In this document: positions 8,536 through 17,828 of the stretch, one piece after another
Position numbering within the stretch: position 1 is the stretch's first letter
How the letters are laid out: each line of letters starts with the position of its first letter
Source of the DNA: Deltaproteobacteria bacterium
Lineage (GTDB): Bacteria; Myxococcota_A; Polyangia; Fen-1088
Direction of reading: 5' to 3'
Assembly: GCA_033763315.1 (NCBI GenBank)
Contig: JANRKS010000006.1
Coordinates: 1 to 64,000 of the forward strand
DNA: 64,000 nucleotides
The notes under the pieces: generated by a model
The model's input: the letters and a program-made list of their open reading frames with translations, nothing else
Told to the model about the DNA's origin: nothing
The model's database searches: none
Made by a program: the position numbers and the translations under genes

Positions 8536-10298
8536 CGCGCATCCTCCGTTCCGCGAACTTGCTGGAAGGTTCTGCTGGAGATCAGTTTGTTCAGCAACGC
8601 ACCCGTATCGTTCTCGTCGGCGTCCATCGAGGGTGCCACGAACGACGCAAACGAAGATTCCACGTCGGGGTCGAACCTTCCCAGTGCGTAACGCACAAGC
8701 TGCCGAACCAAACAGAAACGCGTCCGCGGATCATCGACCAAGAGGGCCCCCAACTCGGCGCTGTTCTTAAATGACTTGCCGTCAAGATCCCCCGAAGCAT
8801 CTACCGGCCGGCCGGCTTCTTGTTCGTGAAACGCACCGATGGCATCGAAGTTGGCGAAGGCGAAGCCGATGGGATCCGTTAGCGCATGGCAGCTTGCGCA
8901 TGCAGGATTGGTCATGTGAATTTCGAGTATCTCTCGCTGCGTGGCGCCTGGCGGAACAGCTGGAAGTTCGCTGTTCACGTTTGGTGGCGGCGGCGGAATT
9001 GTCTCGCACAAAAGCGACTCGCGCACGAACCTGCCGCGCAGGGTGGGCGACGCTTCGACGCGCTTACTCGTGACGGCCAAGAAGCCGGCCGTGCCCAACA
9101 ACCCGCTTCGCTTGGAATCGGCTGGCATAGTGACCGGCGTGAAGCCCGAGGCTGGCACGTCACCTAGCCCGTAAACCTTCGCCAGCTGGCGATCTATATG
9201 CGCCCGACGATTGTTCAAGATCGAAAGCAGGCTTCCCTCCATCGGCTTCAAAAGGCTTTCGAACAGCATCTCGATCTCGTGAGCCATGGCGCTTGGCAAT
9301 CCTGCGGTGAACATAGGAAAGTCGTTTTTGTCGCGATCGATTTGAGCAATCTTTTCAAGTTCGACCATTTCGATGCCGAACTGGCGAATCCCGTTTGACG
9401 CCTTTTCCGATGACAGCATCCGCTTCAGTTGCTGGGCAAGGCCACTGGCCGTGCTCAAGGCACCGGTGGCCGCGGCATCCAGGAGCTCATCGTCAGGTTG
9501 AGTGTTCCAAAGGAAGAACGACATTCTGGTGGCCAACTCGAAGGCTGACAACAAACGTCGCGGGCCCTCGGTGGCGCCCTGGCCCAGCTCGAATCTGTAA
9601 AGAAAGTTCGGCGACTGCAGAAGCGCGTTCATCACCAAAGCAACACCAGCGAACGGGTCGCCTTGCTCGTTCGACCATGCCTTTGCCGCATCGGCGTACA
9701 CACCGATCTCAGTGGCTTCAAGCGGGCGACGCCAGGCCCGCAAACCTACAGCCGCAATGGCTGACTTCAAGCAGGCAGCGTCATTCAAGGCAGGCTTGCA
9801 GCCCAATTGTTTCTCAACCCGTGCGCGATCACCCAACCACCGATCGACGGCATCGGAAATGGAACTTTCGTAGTTCGCTACGTCTACCGGAGCCAACGCG
9901 TTTTCTGCGGCTGCAACCGATACAAATCCCTGTTCGATTGGTTCAGGTAGAAAGTTTGCGGTGACCGGAATCTTGAGCAGATCTCCTACGGCGTTGCGAA
10001 ACTGCGCCTTAGTCAACCGCCGCATGGCCCCCTGGGCGACTGCCAATTCTGAAGCGGGAACCGGGGGATCCTCCACTGTTGCCGTTGTGGCGGGACGGCC
10101 GCCGCTGCCTGAGGGCGCCCCTGGTCCTTCGCCCTTTTCGGTTTTTTCAGTTGGCGTAATGGCCCCCGTGCACGCCAGCATGGGGGTAAAGAGCACCGCC
10201 AACGCGCCCGCTGAGATGGCCCGTTTAGCCAGGTTCCAAAGACACGAACGAAACGCCGCCTGGTACTGCGCAGGGCCCGAGCGAATCCAAGTTGTCAT
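8532..10298 (-). CDS. DUF1592/DUF1588/DUF1595/DUF1587/DUF1585 cytochrome c-like lipoprotein, copy 1
   Basis: RRLT, WRRPL, LQSPNFLYR, LATRMSFFLW..PD, SPTLRG, CASCH..DPIG; lipobox LAC; ATG 10298 chosen (ORF track starts 10328). Confidence 0.9.
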   Translation of the reverse strand: MTTWIRSGPAQYQAAFRSCLWNLAKRAISAGALAVLFTPMLACTGAITPTEKTEKGEGPGAPSGSGGRPATTATVEDPPVPASELAVAQGAMRRLTKAQFRNAVGDLLKIPVTANFLPEPIEQGFVSVAAAENALAPVDVANYESSISDAVDRWLGDRARVEKQLGCKPALNDAACLKSAIAAVGLRAWRRPLEATEIGVYADAAKAWSNEQGDPFAGVALVMNALLQSPNFLYRFELGQGATEGPRRLLSAFELATRMSFFLWNTQPDDELLDAAATGALSTASGLAQQLKRMLSSEKASNGIRQFGIEMVELEKIAQIDRDKNDFPMFTAGLPSAMAHEIEMLFESLLKPMEGSLLSILNNRRAHIDRQLAKVYGLGDVPASGFTPVTMPADSKRSGLLGTAGFLAVTSKRVEASPTLRGRFVRESLLCETIPPPPPNVNSELPAVPPGATQREILEIHMTNPACASCHALTDPIGFAFANFDAIGAFHEQEAGRPVDASGDLDGKSFKNSAELGALLVDDPRTRFCLVRQLVRYALGRFDPDVESSFASFVAPSMDADENDTGALLNKLISSRTFQQVRGTEDAR

Positions 10299-10307
10299 TG
10301 ACCCTAG

Positions 10308-10335
10308 GTCGCCTCGACCCAGCTTCAACGGCTCA
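10308..10335 (-). promoter_or_regulatory. Putative ECF promoter TGAGCC-N18-CGAC
   Basis: TGAGCCgttgaagctgggtcgaggCGAC, 9 nt before ATG 10298. Confidence 0.7.
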
Positions 10336-10372
10336 ACAGAGTTCTGCGTTGGGCGTGGAGCGGAAGCCTCCT

Positions 10373-11272
10373 TCAGGGCGCTGCGCTGATCGCAAAGTCG
10401 TCCACGTAGATCTTTCCGTCCCAGTTCACACCGGCCCCGGTCGATAAGAACATCCCCAGCTCGAACAGTGTAAACCCACTGATCTTCGAGCAGTCGAAGG
10501 TGTCCGGCAATTTAAAGGTTATCTCGCTCCATTGGCCAGGTTGCACCTGAAACAGGGCGCCGCCTACGCCTTGCCACCCGTTGAGGGTGTGTATCACAAG
10601 CTGCAACCCTGAGAGTTGATGGTCCATGGGGATCTTGACCCACACTGACATTGTTCGTCCTGCCTGAAGCCAAGGCGTTACACTTTCGCGCGTCACCACT
10701 GAGAAGAACCAATTGCGCCGCGTGTTCGACGCTACCTTGCCTTCTTCTGTGTTGATCGTTATCTCCATCGAACTTGCGCCAGTGCGCTTTTCGGTCGTGG
10801 AAAGCACGGGTGCTGACGCGGGCACGCGATCGTTGGTGGGACTTGCCGCATCCGCGCGGGGCTCCCACAGTTCATTGGTATTCTCGAAGCCTATGGCCTT
10901 CATTCCTGGCACAGTGGCGCACTGTCCTGGCGTCATGCCGCCTGTGCCGCCGGTCACCATGGTGCCACCGGTGTTCATGTTGCCACCTGTGCCACCAGTC
11001 ATCATGGTGCCGCCCATGTTTACGGTGCCACCCATGCCGCCGGTAGCAGCCGAGCCTCCTGAATTTGATCCGCCCGATCCGCCTGATGCGCTTGCACCCG
11101 AACCGCCGCTACGCGAGCCACCCGAGCCGCCCGATCTACCGCCGGAGCCTGCTGTGCCACCTGAAGCGCCTTCGCCTCCAGCGCCACCATCGCCATCACC
11201 ACCGTTCGAACCGGAACTGCATGCGACGGCCAAAACAATGCCTAGGGCAAAACCAGCGCTTAGTGTCTTCAT
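10373..11272 (-). CDS. Lipoprotein with Gly-rich tether and C-terminal CBM-like beta-sandwich
   Basis: MKTLSAG...LAVAC lipobox; long G/S/T linker; GFE...G..SME...MSVWVKIP...GQWSEI...GKIYVDDF; AAGGGG RBS before ATG 11272. Confidence 0.75.
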   Translation of the reverse strand: MKTLSAGFALGIVLAVACSSGSNGGDGDGGAGGEGASGGTAGSGGRSGGSGGSRSGGSGASASGGSGGSNSGGSAATGGMGGTVNMGGTMMTGGTGGNMNTGGTMVTGGTGGMTPGQCATVPGMKAIGFENTNELWEPRADAASPTNDRVPASAPVLSTTEKRTGASSMEITINTEEGKVASNTRRNWFFSVVTRESVTPWLQAGRTMSVWVKIPMDHQLSGLQLVIHTLNGWQGVGGALFQVQPGQWSEITFKLPDTFDCSKISGFTLFELGMFLSTGAGVNWDGKIYVDDFAISAAP

Positions 11273-11333
11273 CGAATAGACCCCTTTGTGAACCTCGTGT
11301 CGTCCGAGCGAATCCGCGTCGGGCTTGCCTTGA

Positions 11334-11361
11334 GTCGCCCCGACCGCGGCTTTACGGCTCA
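11334..11361 (-). promoter_or_regulatory. Putative ECF promoter TGAGCC-N18-CGAC
   Basis: TGAGCCgtaaagccgcggtcggggCGAC upstream of 11272. Confidence 0.7.
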
Positions 11362-11465
11362 ACAAAGCTGCGGTGGGTGTCTAGACGTGGCTGTGTCGCT
11401 CCATTCGTTGGACATAGGGGCAAGCGAACGCCGCCGATGGCGGGTACGCAAACGACGGGGAACGC

Positions 11466-11501
11466 AAAATGCGCCTGGCTACGTAAGCATAGCCAGGCGC
11501 A
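11466..11501 (-). terminator. Intrinsic terminator after the 11525 gene
   Basis: 12-bp perfect stem TGCGCCTGGCTA/TAGCCAGGCGCA followed by TTTT on the minus strand. Confidence 0.75.
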
Positions 11502-11524
11502 CCCGATCTCGGTTTAGCGAGGGT

Positions 11525-12868
11525 CTATGTCTTGATCACAAGGTCGTCGATGCAGTTGCCTTGCGGACCTCGAATCTCAACCTTGAGCAAATTATCCCAG
11601 CCGCTGAAGTTCATTTGCGTGCCGACGTTCGATGGGTTTGTAACAGTTTGAACCACCGTTGTGGTTGTGCCCTTTTTGAAGCCGCGCACCGTCACGGTGG
11701 AGTTTTCGCCCTTGTAGCCTACCTTCATCGAAACCAGCGAAAAGGGTTCGCCCGAGTTCTTGGTGATAACCATGTGCTCGTTCCAGCCCGCTTGGCACAA
11801 ACGCCGGCCGCCGCTTACGTCTTGAATGTCAAGCGTGCCAGTCGAGTTCATGAAAACCGTGTTCTTAAACTCTAGATTGTTGCTGGTGGTCCATACATCT
11901 GCGCGGCTGGCAGCAACAATGCGGATAGACTCTGCGTTGAAGTCGTAGGTCCTCGTGACCCAGTCTTGTGCAACGGCGCCGTTGTAGTTGCGATTCACGT
12001 AGGTGGTCATCACGTTAGGCCACAGCGCTCTCCAGGGGGTGTAGGCGGTATCTGATTTGCCGCAATCCTTATAGTCGAAATGCTCACCGTCGGGCATCAC
12101 CTTCGGCATGCAGAGCCGGCTCGCAATCCCGGTGTAGAGCGTGCCATCGTCTGGGCGATATCCGCTCCACGCCGTGTAAGGATTTGCGCTGCTGGCGCCC
12201 AATCGCCCAGGTATGTTGGCCTTAAATCCATCTCCCTTCACGTAATACGCCTCGGGCGGATTTGACGCCAATACGTTGCCGAAGAAGACACCTTCCATGA
12301 TGTGTGCATCGCTGCCCCCTTCGTGGGGCATGCTCATGCCCACAGAAGGCATCCGATCGGGGTCGGCGTTGATGAAAATGGGCACGTGGTTGCCGGTGCT
12401 GTTCATGTGGGCCATGACGCATGCACTGATCTTTTGCTGGCAACTGGCATCGCAGCTTCCCTCTTTCCAGCCGGTGCCGACACCCATGCGGCCGTAGTAG
12501 CGGTGCCACGCGCCGGTGTTGTCTTGTTTGTCGAGGTAATCTCCGCTGGCCAACGCACACTTGGCCAAGTATTCGGCTGTGGCGCGCCCACCGTTCGAGG
12601 TCATTAGGCCGTTCGAGGTCATCAACCCGTTCGAGGTCATCAACCCGTTGATGGTCGAAAGGCCGTTAGAAGTCATCAGGCCGTTGGAAGCCACAAGGCC
12701 GTTGATGGCAGACAACCCGTTGATGGCCGAAAGGCCATTCTCAGAGGTCAGCCCTTGAGACACGGGATCATCCTGCAGCAACGAAGCCCCGTCCTGCCCG
12801 GGCGCACCGCAACCTACAGCGCCGCCCACCAACAAAACACCTAGCGAATTCCAGAACACCTTTGTCAT
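11525..12868 (-). CDS. Myxobacterial-type secreted lipoprotein with NGLxxx hexapeptide repeats and Cys-containing domain
   Basis: AVGC lipobox; about 9 NGL(S/M/V)xx units; YLAKCAL...G.MGVGTGW...CDASCQQKISACVMAHMN. Confidence 0.8.
   Translation of the reverse strand: MTKVFWNSLGVLLVGGAVGCGAPGQDGASLLQDDPVSQGLTSENGLSAINGLSAINGLVASNGLMTSNGLSTINGLMTSNGLMTSNGLMTSNGGRATAEYLAKCALASGDYLDKQDNTGAWHRYYGRMGVGTGWKEGSCDASCQQKISACVMAHMNSTGNHVPIFINADPDRMPSVGMSMPHEGGSDAHIMEGVFFGNVLASNPPEAYYVKGDGFKANIPGRLGASSANPYTAWSGYRPDDGTLYTGIASRLCMPKVMPDGEHFDYKDCGKSDTAYTPWRALWPNVMTTYVNRNYNGAVAQDWVTRTYDFNAESIRIVAASRADVWTTSNNLEFKNTVFMNSTGTLDIQDVSGGRRLCQAGWNEHMVITKNSGEPFSLVSMKVGYKGENSTVTVRGFKKGTTTTVVQTVTNPSNVGTQMNFSGWDNLLKVEIRGPQGNCIDDLVIKT
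12591..12754 (-). repeat. 18-bp coding tandem repeat (NGLMTS/NGLSAI)
   Basis: Repeated (c/g)ccgttcgaggtcatcaa-type units. Confidence 0.85.
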
Positions 12869-12871
12869 CTC

Positions 12872-12962
12872 GTTTCCCTTCGGAAGCCCGGCCAGCTCTG
12901 GGAGCCCCGCTTGGCTTTGCGTCGCGCGGTCGCCCGCGGTTTGCCGTTTCGTTTTCGGGAGA
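12872..12962 (-). ncRNA. c-di-GMP-I (GEMM-I) riboswitch
   Basis: Minus strand CGAAACGGCAAACCGCGG-GCGA-CCGCGCGACGCAAAGCCAAGCGGGGCTCCCAGAGCTGGCCGGGCTTCCGAAGGGA. Has GGCAAACC, a GNRA loop, GACGCAAA and GCCGGG..CCG in the expected order, in the 5' UTR of 12868. Confidence 0.8.
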
Positions 12963-13180
12963 ATCCCCTTGAGGGCGACAATTGCAGCTTCTGTGCCGCA
13001 GTTAAGCCGTGAACTGGATGACGTTTTCTATGGACATTTAGCCAGTGACACGCCGTCGGGTGTTGCGTGCCAGACAACAGGTGTTGTTTGGCGCGCGAAC
13101 AACTTCCTACGAATCATGTTGCAAAGAGGAACGTGGTTCGCCGCAGCATTCAAAACATGAAAGCGATTTAAGCGTTTTCA

Positions 13181-13208
13181 TGAGCCGTTTGATCCATGCC
13201 ACGACGAC
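13181..13208 (+). promoter_or_regulatory. Putative ECF promoter TGAGCC-N18-CGAC
   Basis: TGAGCCgtttgatccatgccacgaCGAC upstream of 13293. Confidence 0.7.
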
Positions 13209-13292
13209 ACCACGATAGGACTGAAATGTTTTTGTAGCGAGGGAAGCGCGCATGCGTTCGACCTTCAGAGGCCAGCGCGGAGGATCCTGATC

Positions 13293-14960
13293 ATGCATTT
13301 GTTTGTCGTGAGAAAAGTGATGCCCTCAACGGCGTTTGCGATCGCGGTGGTTTTTGCGGCTTGCTCAGGAGCTGTTGTTGAGAACAAGCGGGAGGATGAT
13401 GAGGTTAAAGGCGAAGCGGGCAGGCCAGGTCAGCCCGGAAAGACGCCCGAAGATAGTTTAGAAGAATCCCGCAACTGGGATCCTGAGCCCGCATGCGACG
13501 CTGCTGTTCAACGAAAGGTTCTTCGGCTCTCTGATCGCCAGATCCGCCATGCCATGCGCGATCTTCTTGGTGTTGCCATGCCTGCACTAGAGACGGGACC
13601 AGGCAACCAGAATACCTTTATCGCGCCCACCGCGGCCACCGTAACGGCCGCCGTGTTCGATAAGCTGCAGCGGACATCAGAAACAGTTGCGCGTGAAGCG
13701 ACCGTCGCTGGTTCGGACCGAACCGTATGCAAGAAAACCAACGAAGAATGTGCTGCCTCGTTCATTGATGATTTCGCAGGCCGCGCCTTTCGACGTCCCT
13801 TGATGGCGAGCGAACGCAGTGAACTGCTGGCTGTGTACAAAACGGGAGTGCAGCAGGATCAGCGCCACGCTGACGGTTTATCGTTGGTGATCGAGGCGGT
13901 TCTGCAGTCGCCATCTTTTCTTTACCAGATTGAACAGGTAAAGGACGGTGGGCTCACCGATCATGAGCTGGCCGCACGTCTAGGATGGTTTTTGCTGGAC
14001 TCTGTTCCGGACAACGATCTGTGGCAAGCCGCCCAGCGTGGCGCACTTTCGGATGCTGGCACGCTGCAAGCGCAAACGTCTCGGTTGCTGGAACTTCCAC
14101 AGGTCAAAGCGCATCTGGTTGGCATGTTCACGCGCATGCTGGGACTTGAGGCTTTGGCGGATCTAACCCCAGAAGATAGAGACGGCCTTACCGCCAAACT
14201 GCTTCGTGCCATGCAGGATGAAGCCACCACAATGATTCAAAGTGAGTTGTGGAACCAAGGAAGCCTCGAAGGCCTCCTTACCACGCAAAGCATTGATGCC
14301 CGCGACGGCCTGGGTGAGCTTTACGGTGTGGCCGAAGGTGCTCCTGCCACACTTCCCGCCGACCAACGTGCCGGCATTTTGACAAGAGCGGGCATGATGA
14401 CACTGCACGCAGAAGAGCATCAAACATCGGTGGTGTTCCGCGGCCTTGCTGTGGCACGCAACCTTCTGTGTATCGATCCCCCAGCGCCTTCAGCCGATGA
14501 GGTTGGCCAAGGACAGATCCTTGCGATGGAGATCCCAACCGAGCGTGGCCGCGCAGAGGCGCGAACGTCGATGCCAACTTGCCGGGGCTGTCACTTGCAG
14601 TTTGATCCTGTGGGTGTTGCGTTTGAGCACTACGATTCACTTGGTCGGTACCGCGACACGCTTGAGGTCGAAGGAAAGAAGTTGGCCGTGGATGCAAGCT
14701 GGGATGTTGATGTGGCCGATATTACGGGACGCACCAACGGTGCTGTGGAACTTTCACAACGCTTGGCAAAGAGCCAAGCCGTTCGACACTGTGTGACCGC
14801 CAACGTGGCCTCGTTTGCTTTGGGGCGAAGACTTGCAGACGATGAAATTTGCGCCGTCCGAAAGGTTGCCGATGCCTTCGCAGCGCAAGGTGGTGACATG
14901 CGTTCATTGGTCTTGGCGATTGCCACGTGGCCGGGCCTTCATGCACGAAAGGGGAAGTGA
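13293..14960 (+). CDS. DUF1592/DUF1588-type cytochrome c-like lipoprotein, copy 2
   Basis: FAAC lipobox; RAFRRPL, LQSPSFLY, LAARL.WFL..SVPD, RAGILT, CRGCH..FDPVG.AFEHYD. Confidence 0.9.
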   Translation: MHLFVVRKVMPSTAFAIAVVFAACSGAVVENKREDDEVKGEAGRPGQPGKTPEDSLEESRNWDPEPACDAAVQRKVLRLSDRQIRHAMRDLLGVAMPALETGPGNQNTFIAPTAATVTAAVFDKLQRTSETVAREATVAGSDRTVCKKTNEECAASFIDDFAGRAFRRPLMASERSELLAVYKTGVQQDQRHADGLSLVIEAVLQSPSFLYQIEQVKDGGLTDHELAARLGWFLLDSVPDNDLWQAAQRGALSDAGTLQAQTSRLLELPQVKAHLVGMFTRMLGLEALADLTPEDRDGLTAKLLRAMQDEATTMIQSELWNQGSLEGLLTTQSIDARDGLGELYGVAEGAPATLPADQRAGILTRAGMMTLHAEEHQTSVVFRGLAVARNLLCIDPPAPSADEVGQGQILAMEIPTERGRAEARTSMPTCRGCHLQFDPVGVAFEHYDSLGRYRDTLEVEGKKLAVDASWDVDVADITGRTNGAVELSQRLAKSQAVRHCVTANVASFALGRRLADDEICAVRKVADAFAAQGGDMRSLVLAIATWPGLHARKGK

Positions 14961-14961
14961 C

Positions 14962-16344
14962 GTGAACAAACGCTCTGCGACTAAATGGAACGACCGCCGC
15001 ACGTTCCTAAAGATGGGTGGTGGCGCCTCGGCGTTGGCTTACTGGCTGTTTCGTGGCGTTCAACGCGCGGAGGGGGCGCCGGCTCCTAAGCGCCTGGTGA
15101 TCGTTTCACGCCCCAACGGCAGCATCGCAAAAGACTGGTTGCCCAACAACCAACGAGGCTCAATTTTGGAGCCCTTTGCCGATGTTTGGCAGTATGTGGT
15201 GGCGTTCAAGAACATGCCTATCGCGGTGAACGAGTCGTTCAAGGGTGGCGATCCGCACAGCATGGGATCCATCGCCCTTATGACAGGGCAACCTCGCAGC
15301 CCCGAACGCATACCCAACAACGACAACCATTGGAATACGGCGGAATCTTTCGATCAAAAGCTGGCGCGCGAATCGCCAATCCTTAGTGGGGCACGCTTTC
15401 GCTCTTTGCAATTGGGCGCTTACACCAAAGGACCCTTGGGAGACGAGCCCAGCCGAGCCCTTTCGTTCTCGGGACCTGCGAAGCCGCTTTACCCCGAGCC
15501 CGATACGAAGCAACTCTACGCGCGTATTTTTGGCTCCCTCATGATCCCTGTTAAAGAGGGCGAAGCTCCCAGTCCGGCAGGTGTTGTAACGGCCATGGAA
15601 AAATTGCGACGACGCCGCGAGAGCGTGCTGAGCTTCGTGATGAAGGATCTGAATCGGGTGAGGGCACAGTTTCCTTCGGAAGCCCGCGCCGATCTCGAGG
15701 CGCACGAAACCTCGATCCGCGAAATGGAAAAAGCGCTTGATGCGATGGAAGAGAGTGGGGGCTCGGCTCCTCCAATTCCTGTGTCAAGTGACTGCAGCGC
15801 CCCTGCTGCGCCTAACGGCCTACCTGTAAACGAAGGGCTGCAGGACGCACACGCGCGGGTAGGTGCGGCTCAGTTTGAGATTCTGCGCGCTGTTCTCATG
15901 TGCGACCTTAGCCGCGTCGTCACGTTTATGTGGGCAGGCGGTGCGAGCGAGGTGCGCTTTGAAGGCAGTGGCCACCACGCTTTGTCGCACGGCTCGAACA
16001 CAGCCATGTTGTCCAAGATTGATCGCTACTATTCACAGCACACAGCGCCCTTTATTCAGTCGCTGGTGCGTTCAGTGGATCCAGCAACCAAGAAGCCCCT
16101 CATCGACAGCACGCTGGTGTGGTACGTGAGCGAGATCGCCACCGGCGGCCACAGCCTCACTGATATGCCGTTCCTGCTGTTTGGCGGTGATGGCGTGGGT
16201 TTGAAGAACCGTGGGCGCGTTCTGGACGTGGGCGCAAAGCACTCAAGCAACGATGTGTGGACTTCGATCGCCCCCGTCTTCGATATGACCCTCACCAGCT
16301 TTGGCAACCCCGCGTTTGGCCCCATCGCGGGCTTGATCGGGTAG
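14962..16344 (+). CDS. DUF1552 domain protein, copy 2
   Basis: DRRTFLK Tat signal; PNG, SLQLG, SVLSFV, CDLSRV, HHALSH, SEIATGGH; GTG 14962 immediately after upstream stop. Confidence 0.9.
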   Translation: MNKRSATKWNDRRTFLKMGGGASALAYWLFRGVQRAEGAPAPKRLVIVSRPNGSIAKDWLPNNQRGSILEPFADVWQYVVAFKNMPIAVNESFKGGDPHSMGSIALMTGQPRSPERIPNNDNHWNTAESFDQKLARESPILSGARFRSLQLGAYTKGPLGDEPSRALSFSGPAKPLYPEPDTKQLYARIFGSLMIPVKEGEAPSPAGVVTAMEKLRRRRESVLSFVMKDLNRVRAQFPSEARADLEAHETSIREMEKALDAMEESGGSAPPIPVSSDCSAPAAPNGLPVNEGLQDAHARVGAAQFEILRAVLMCDLSRVVTFMWAGGASEVRFEGSGHHALSHGSNTAMLSKIDRYYSQHTAPFIQSLVRSVDPATKKPLIDSTLVWYVSEIATGGHSLTDMPFLLFGGDGVGLKNRGRVLDVGAKHSSNDVWTSIAPVFDMTLTSFGNPAFGPIAGLIG

Positions 16345-16380
16345 GAGGCAAGGACAGCGCAGCTTCAGCCCAGGGATCGC

Positions 16381-17661
16381 CTATTCCTTGTTGATGATCG
16401 CCCACCAAGCGGCAGCGTAACGTTTGCCGTACTCTCTCTGCGATTTGTTGTCGTAGTGCACGTTATCGATGAGCGAGAGGCCTTCGGACGTAGCCACGCC
16501 AAAGTTCTTGTCCGCCGCAGCCATCATCGCCAAAGCCATGTTCACCCTGCCGTCAGAGCTGGTGGTACCCACTTCACCTGCCACCACGGGCAAAGTAGCG
16601 TTTGCGGCGCGGGTGCGGATGGCCTGGACGATGGCACCCAGCTTAGCGGCGTACACATTGGGGGCTGTGCCGCTATTCGCCTCGCCCTGATGCCAAATAA
16701 AGCCGCGCAGAACGCCTTTTTTCAACGCTTCATCTAGGTAGGGCAACATAAACGTCCAGTTTTGTCCCGACTGCGGATCCCATTCTTCAACGGATGAACC
16801 GCTTACAGCTATGTTTGCCACGTAGATCGTCACATCGGGATCTGTGACTTGCGTAAGCAAGTTAAGTGCGAACGCGCGGCTTGGGCCCATGGTGCGCTCG
16901 CCGACTTTGCACGCGGCTCCCGTTTGGCTGCTGTATCGGCTAACGTTGAACGGCTCATGTCCCGCAACCCAATTCTTGTTGCGCGCGATCTTGAACACGC
17001 GGTTTGCGGCGGTGATGTCTTCGGCCTGGCAGTCAGCCATGCCTGCCATGTTGGATTGTCCCAACATCAAGAAGACCCAGTTCTTGGCTTTCGGATCGCT
17101 TGAGGTGCCACCACTGCCGCCCGTCACAGCGCCGCCCATACCACCCGTGGTCACGCCACCGGTGCCAGCGATACCACCGGTGCCAGCGATACCACCGGCG
17201 CCAGCGATACCGCCGGTGCCAGCGATACCGCCGGTGCCAACGATACCACCGGTGCCAGCGATACCACCGGTGCCAGTAGAGCCGCCCGTGCCAGTGATAC
17301 CACCGGTGCCAGTAGAGCCACCGGTGCCAGTAGAGCCGCCCGTGCCAGCAGCGCCGCCCGTGCCTGCCATGCCTCCGGTGGCTGCGATGCCTCCCGTGTT
17401 GCTGCCGTTGCCACCACTGGAGCTGACACCTCCTGTGTTGCTAGCGCTGCCGTCGTTGCCGGCCATGACGCTTTCCGCCTGGCCGCCACCACCACCGGCG
17501 TTGTCGCCGCCGTCTCCGCCTTCGCTACCGCTGGTCTCACCGCCCTCGCCGCCACAACCGTCGTCATCGGGGTTGTCACACCGCTCCTCTTCACTGCCGG
17601 ATTGGCAGGCCAACAACAGAAGGGGCAGGCACAGGGAAGCAAAGAACTGCGTGGGTTTCAC
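16381..17661 (-). CDS. Lipoprotein carbohydrate esterase (SASA / CE6 acetyl esterase, SGNH fold) with Gly-rich tether
   Basis: LLAC lipobox; FLMLGQSNMAG, WHQGEAN, DNVHYD; GTG 17661 chosen (track 17688). Confidence 0.88.
   Translation of the reverse strand: MKPTQFFASLCLPLLLLACQSGSEEERCDNPDDDGCGGEGGETSGSEGGDGGDNAGGGGGQAESVMAGNDGSASNTGGVSSSGGNGSNTGGIAATGGMAGTGGAAGTGGSTGTGGSTGTGGITGTGGSTGTGGIAGTGGIVGTGGIAGTGGIAGAGGIAGTGGIAGTGGVTTGGMGGAVTGGSGGTSSDPKAKNWVFLMLGQSNMAGMADCQAEDITAANRVFKIARNKNWVAGHEPFNVSRYSSQTGAACKVGERTMGPSRAFALNLLTQVTDPDVTIYVANIAVSGSSVEEWDPQSGQNWTFMLPYLDEALKKGVLRGFIWHQGEANSGTAPNVYAAKLGAIVQAIRTRAANATLPVVAGEVGTTSSDGRVNMALAMMAAADKNFGVATSEGLSLIDNVHYDNKSQREYGKRYAAAWWAIINKE
17157..17363 (-). 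repeat. 18-bp coding tandem repeat (GGIAGT/GGSTGT linker)
   Basis: Repeated ccggtgccagcgatacca units. Confidence 0.85.
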
Positions 17662-17669
17662 ACACCGAA

Positions 17670-17697
17670 GCCGCTGCGACGGGCGCAAATCAGCTCA
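17670..17697 (-). promoter_or_regulatory. Variant ECF promoter TGAGCT-N18-CGGC
   Basis: 8 nt before GTG 17661. Confidence 0.5.
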
Positions 17698-17828
17698 AAT
17701 TATTTCGGAAAGGAGGAAAGGCGCCATCCGACGCCGTTCTTTTCGTCGATCCTAGAAAATGATTGAGCCGTCAAAAGAGCGCAACGATGACGTCTATAGC
17801 TATCTTTTTGAGCCCGCTCTTCGCGGTA

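Noticed and set aside
14815-14961. Long N-terminal extensions in the ORF track (also starts 22442, 25026, 28121, 32674, 52280, 54377, 59425, 62619)
   Set aside because: They overlap neighbouring genes or precede the signal peptide and RBS; shorter starts fit better
16844-17755. Pro-rich PPVP ORFs (also 10713-11279, 28757-29329, 60082-60912)
   Set aside because: Antisense shadows of the Gly-rich linker repeats; the opposite strand has lipoboxes and real domains
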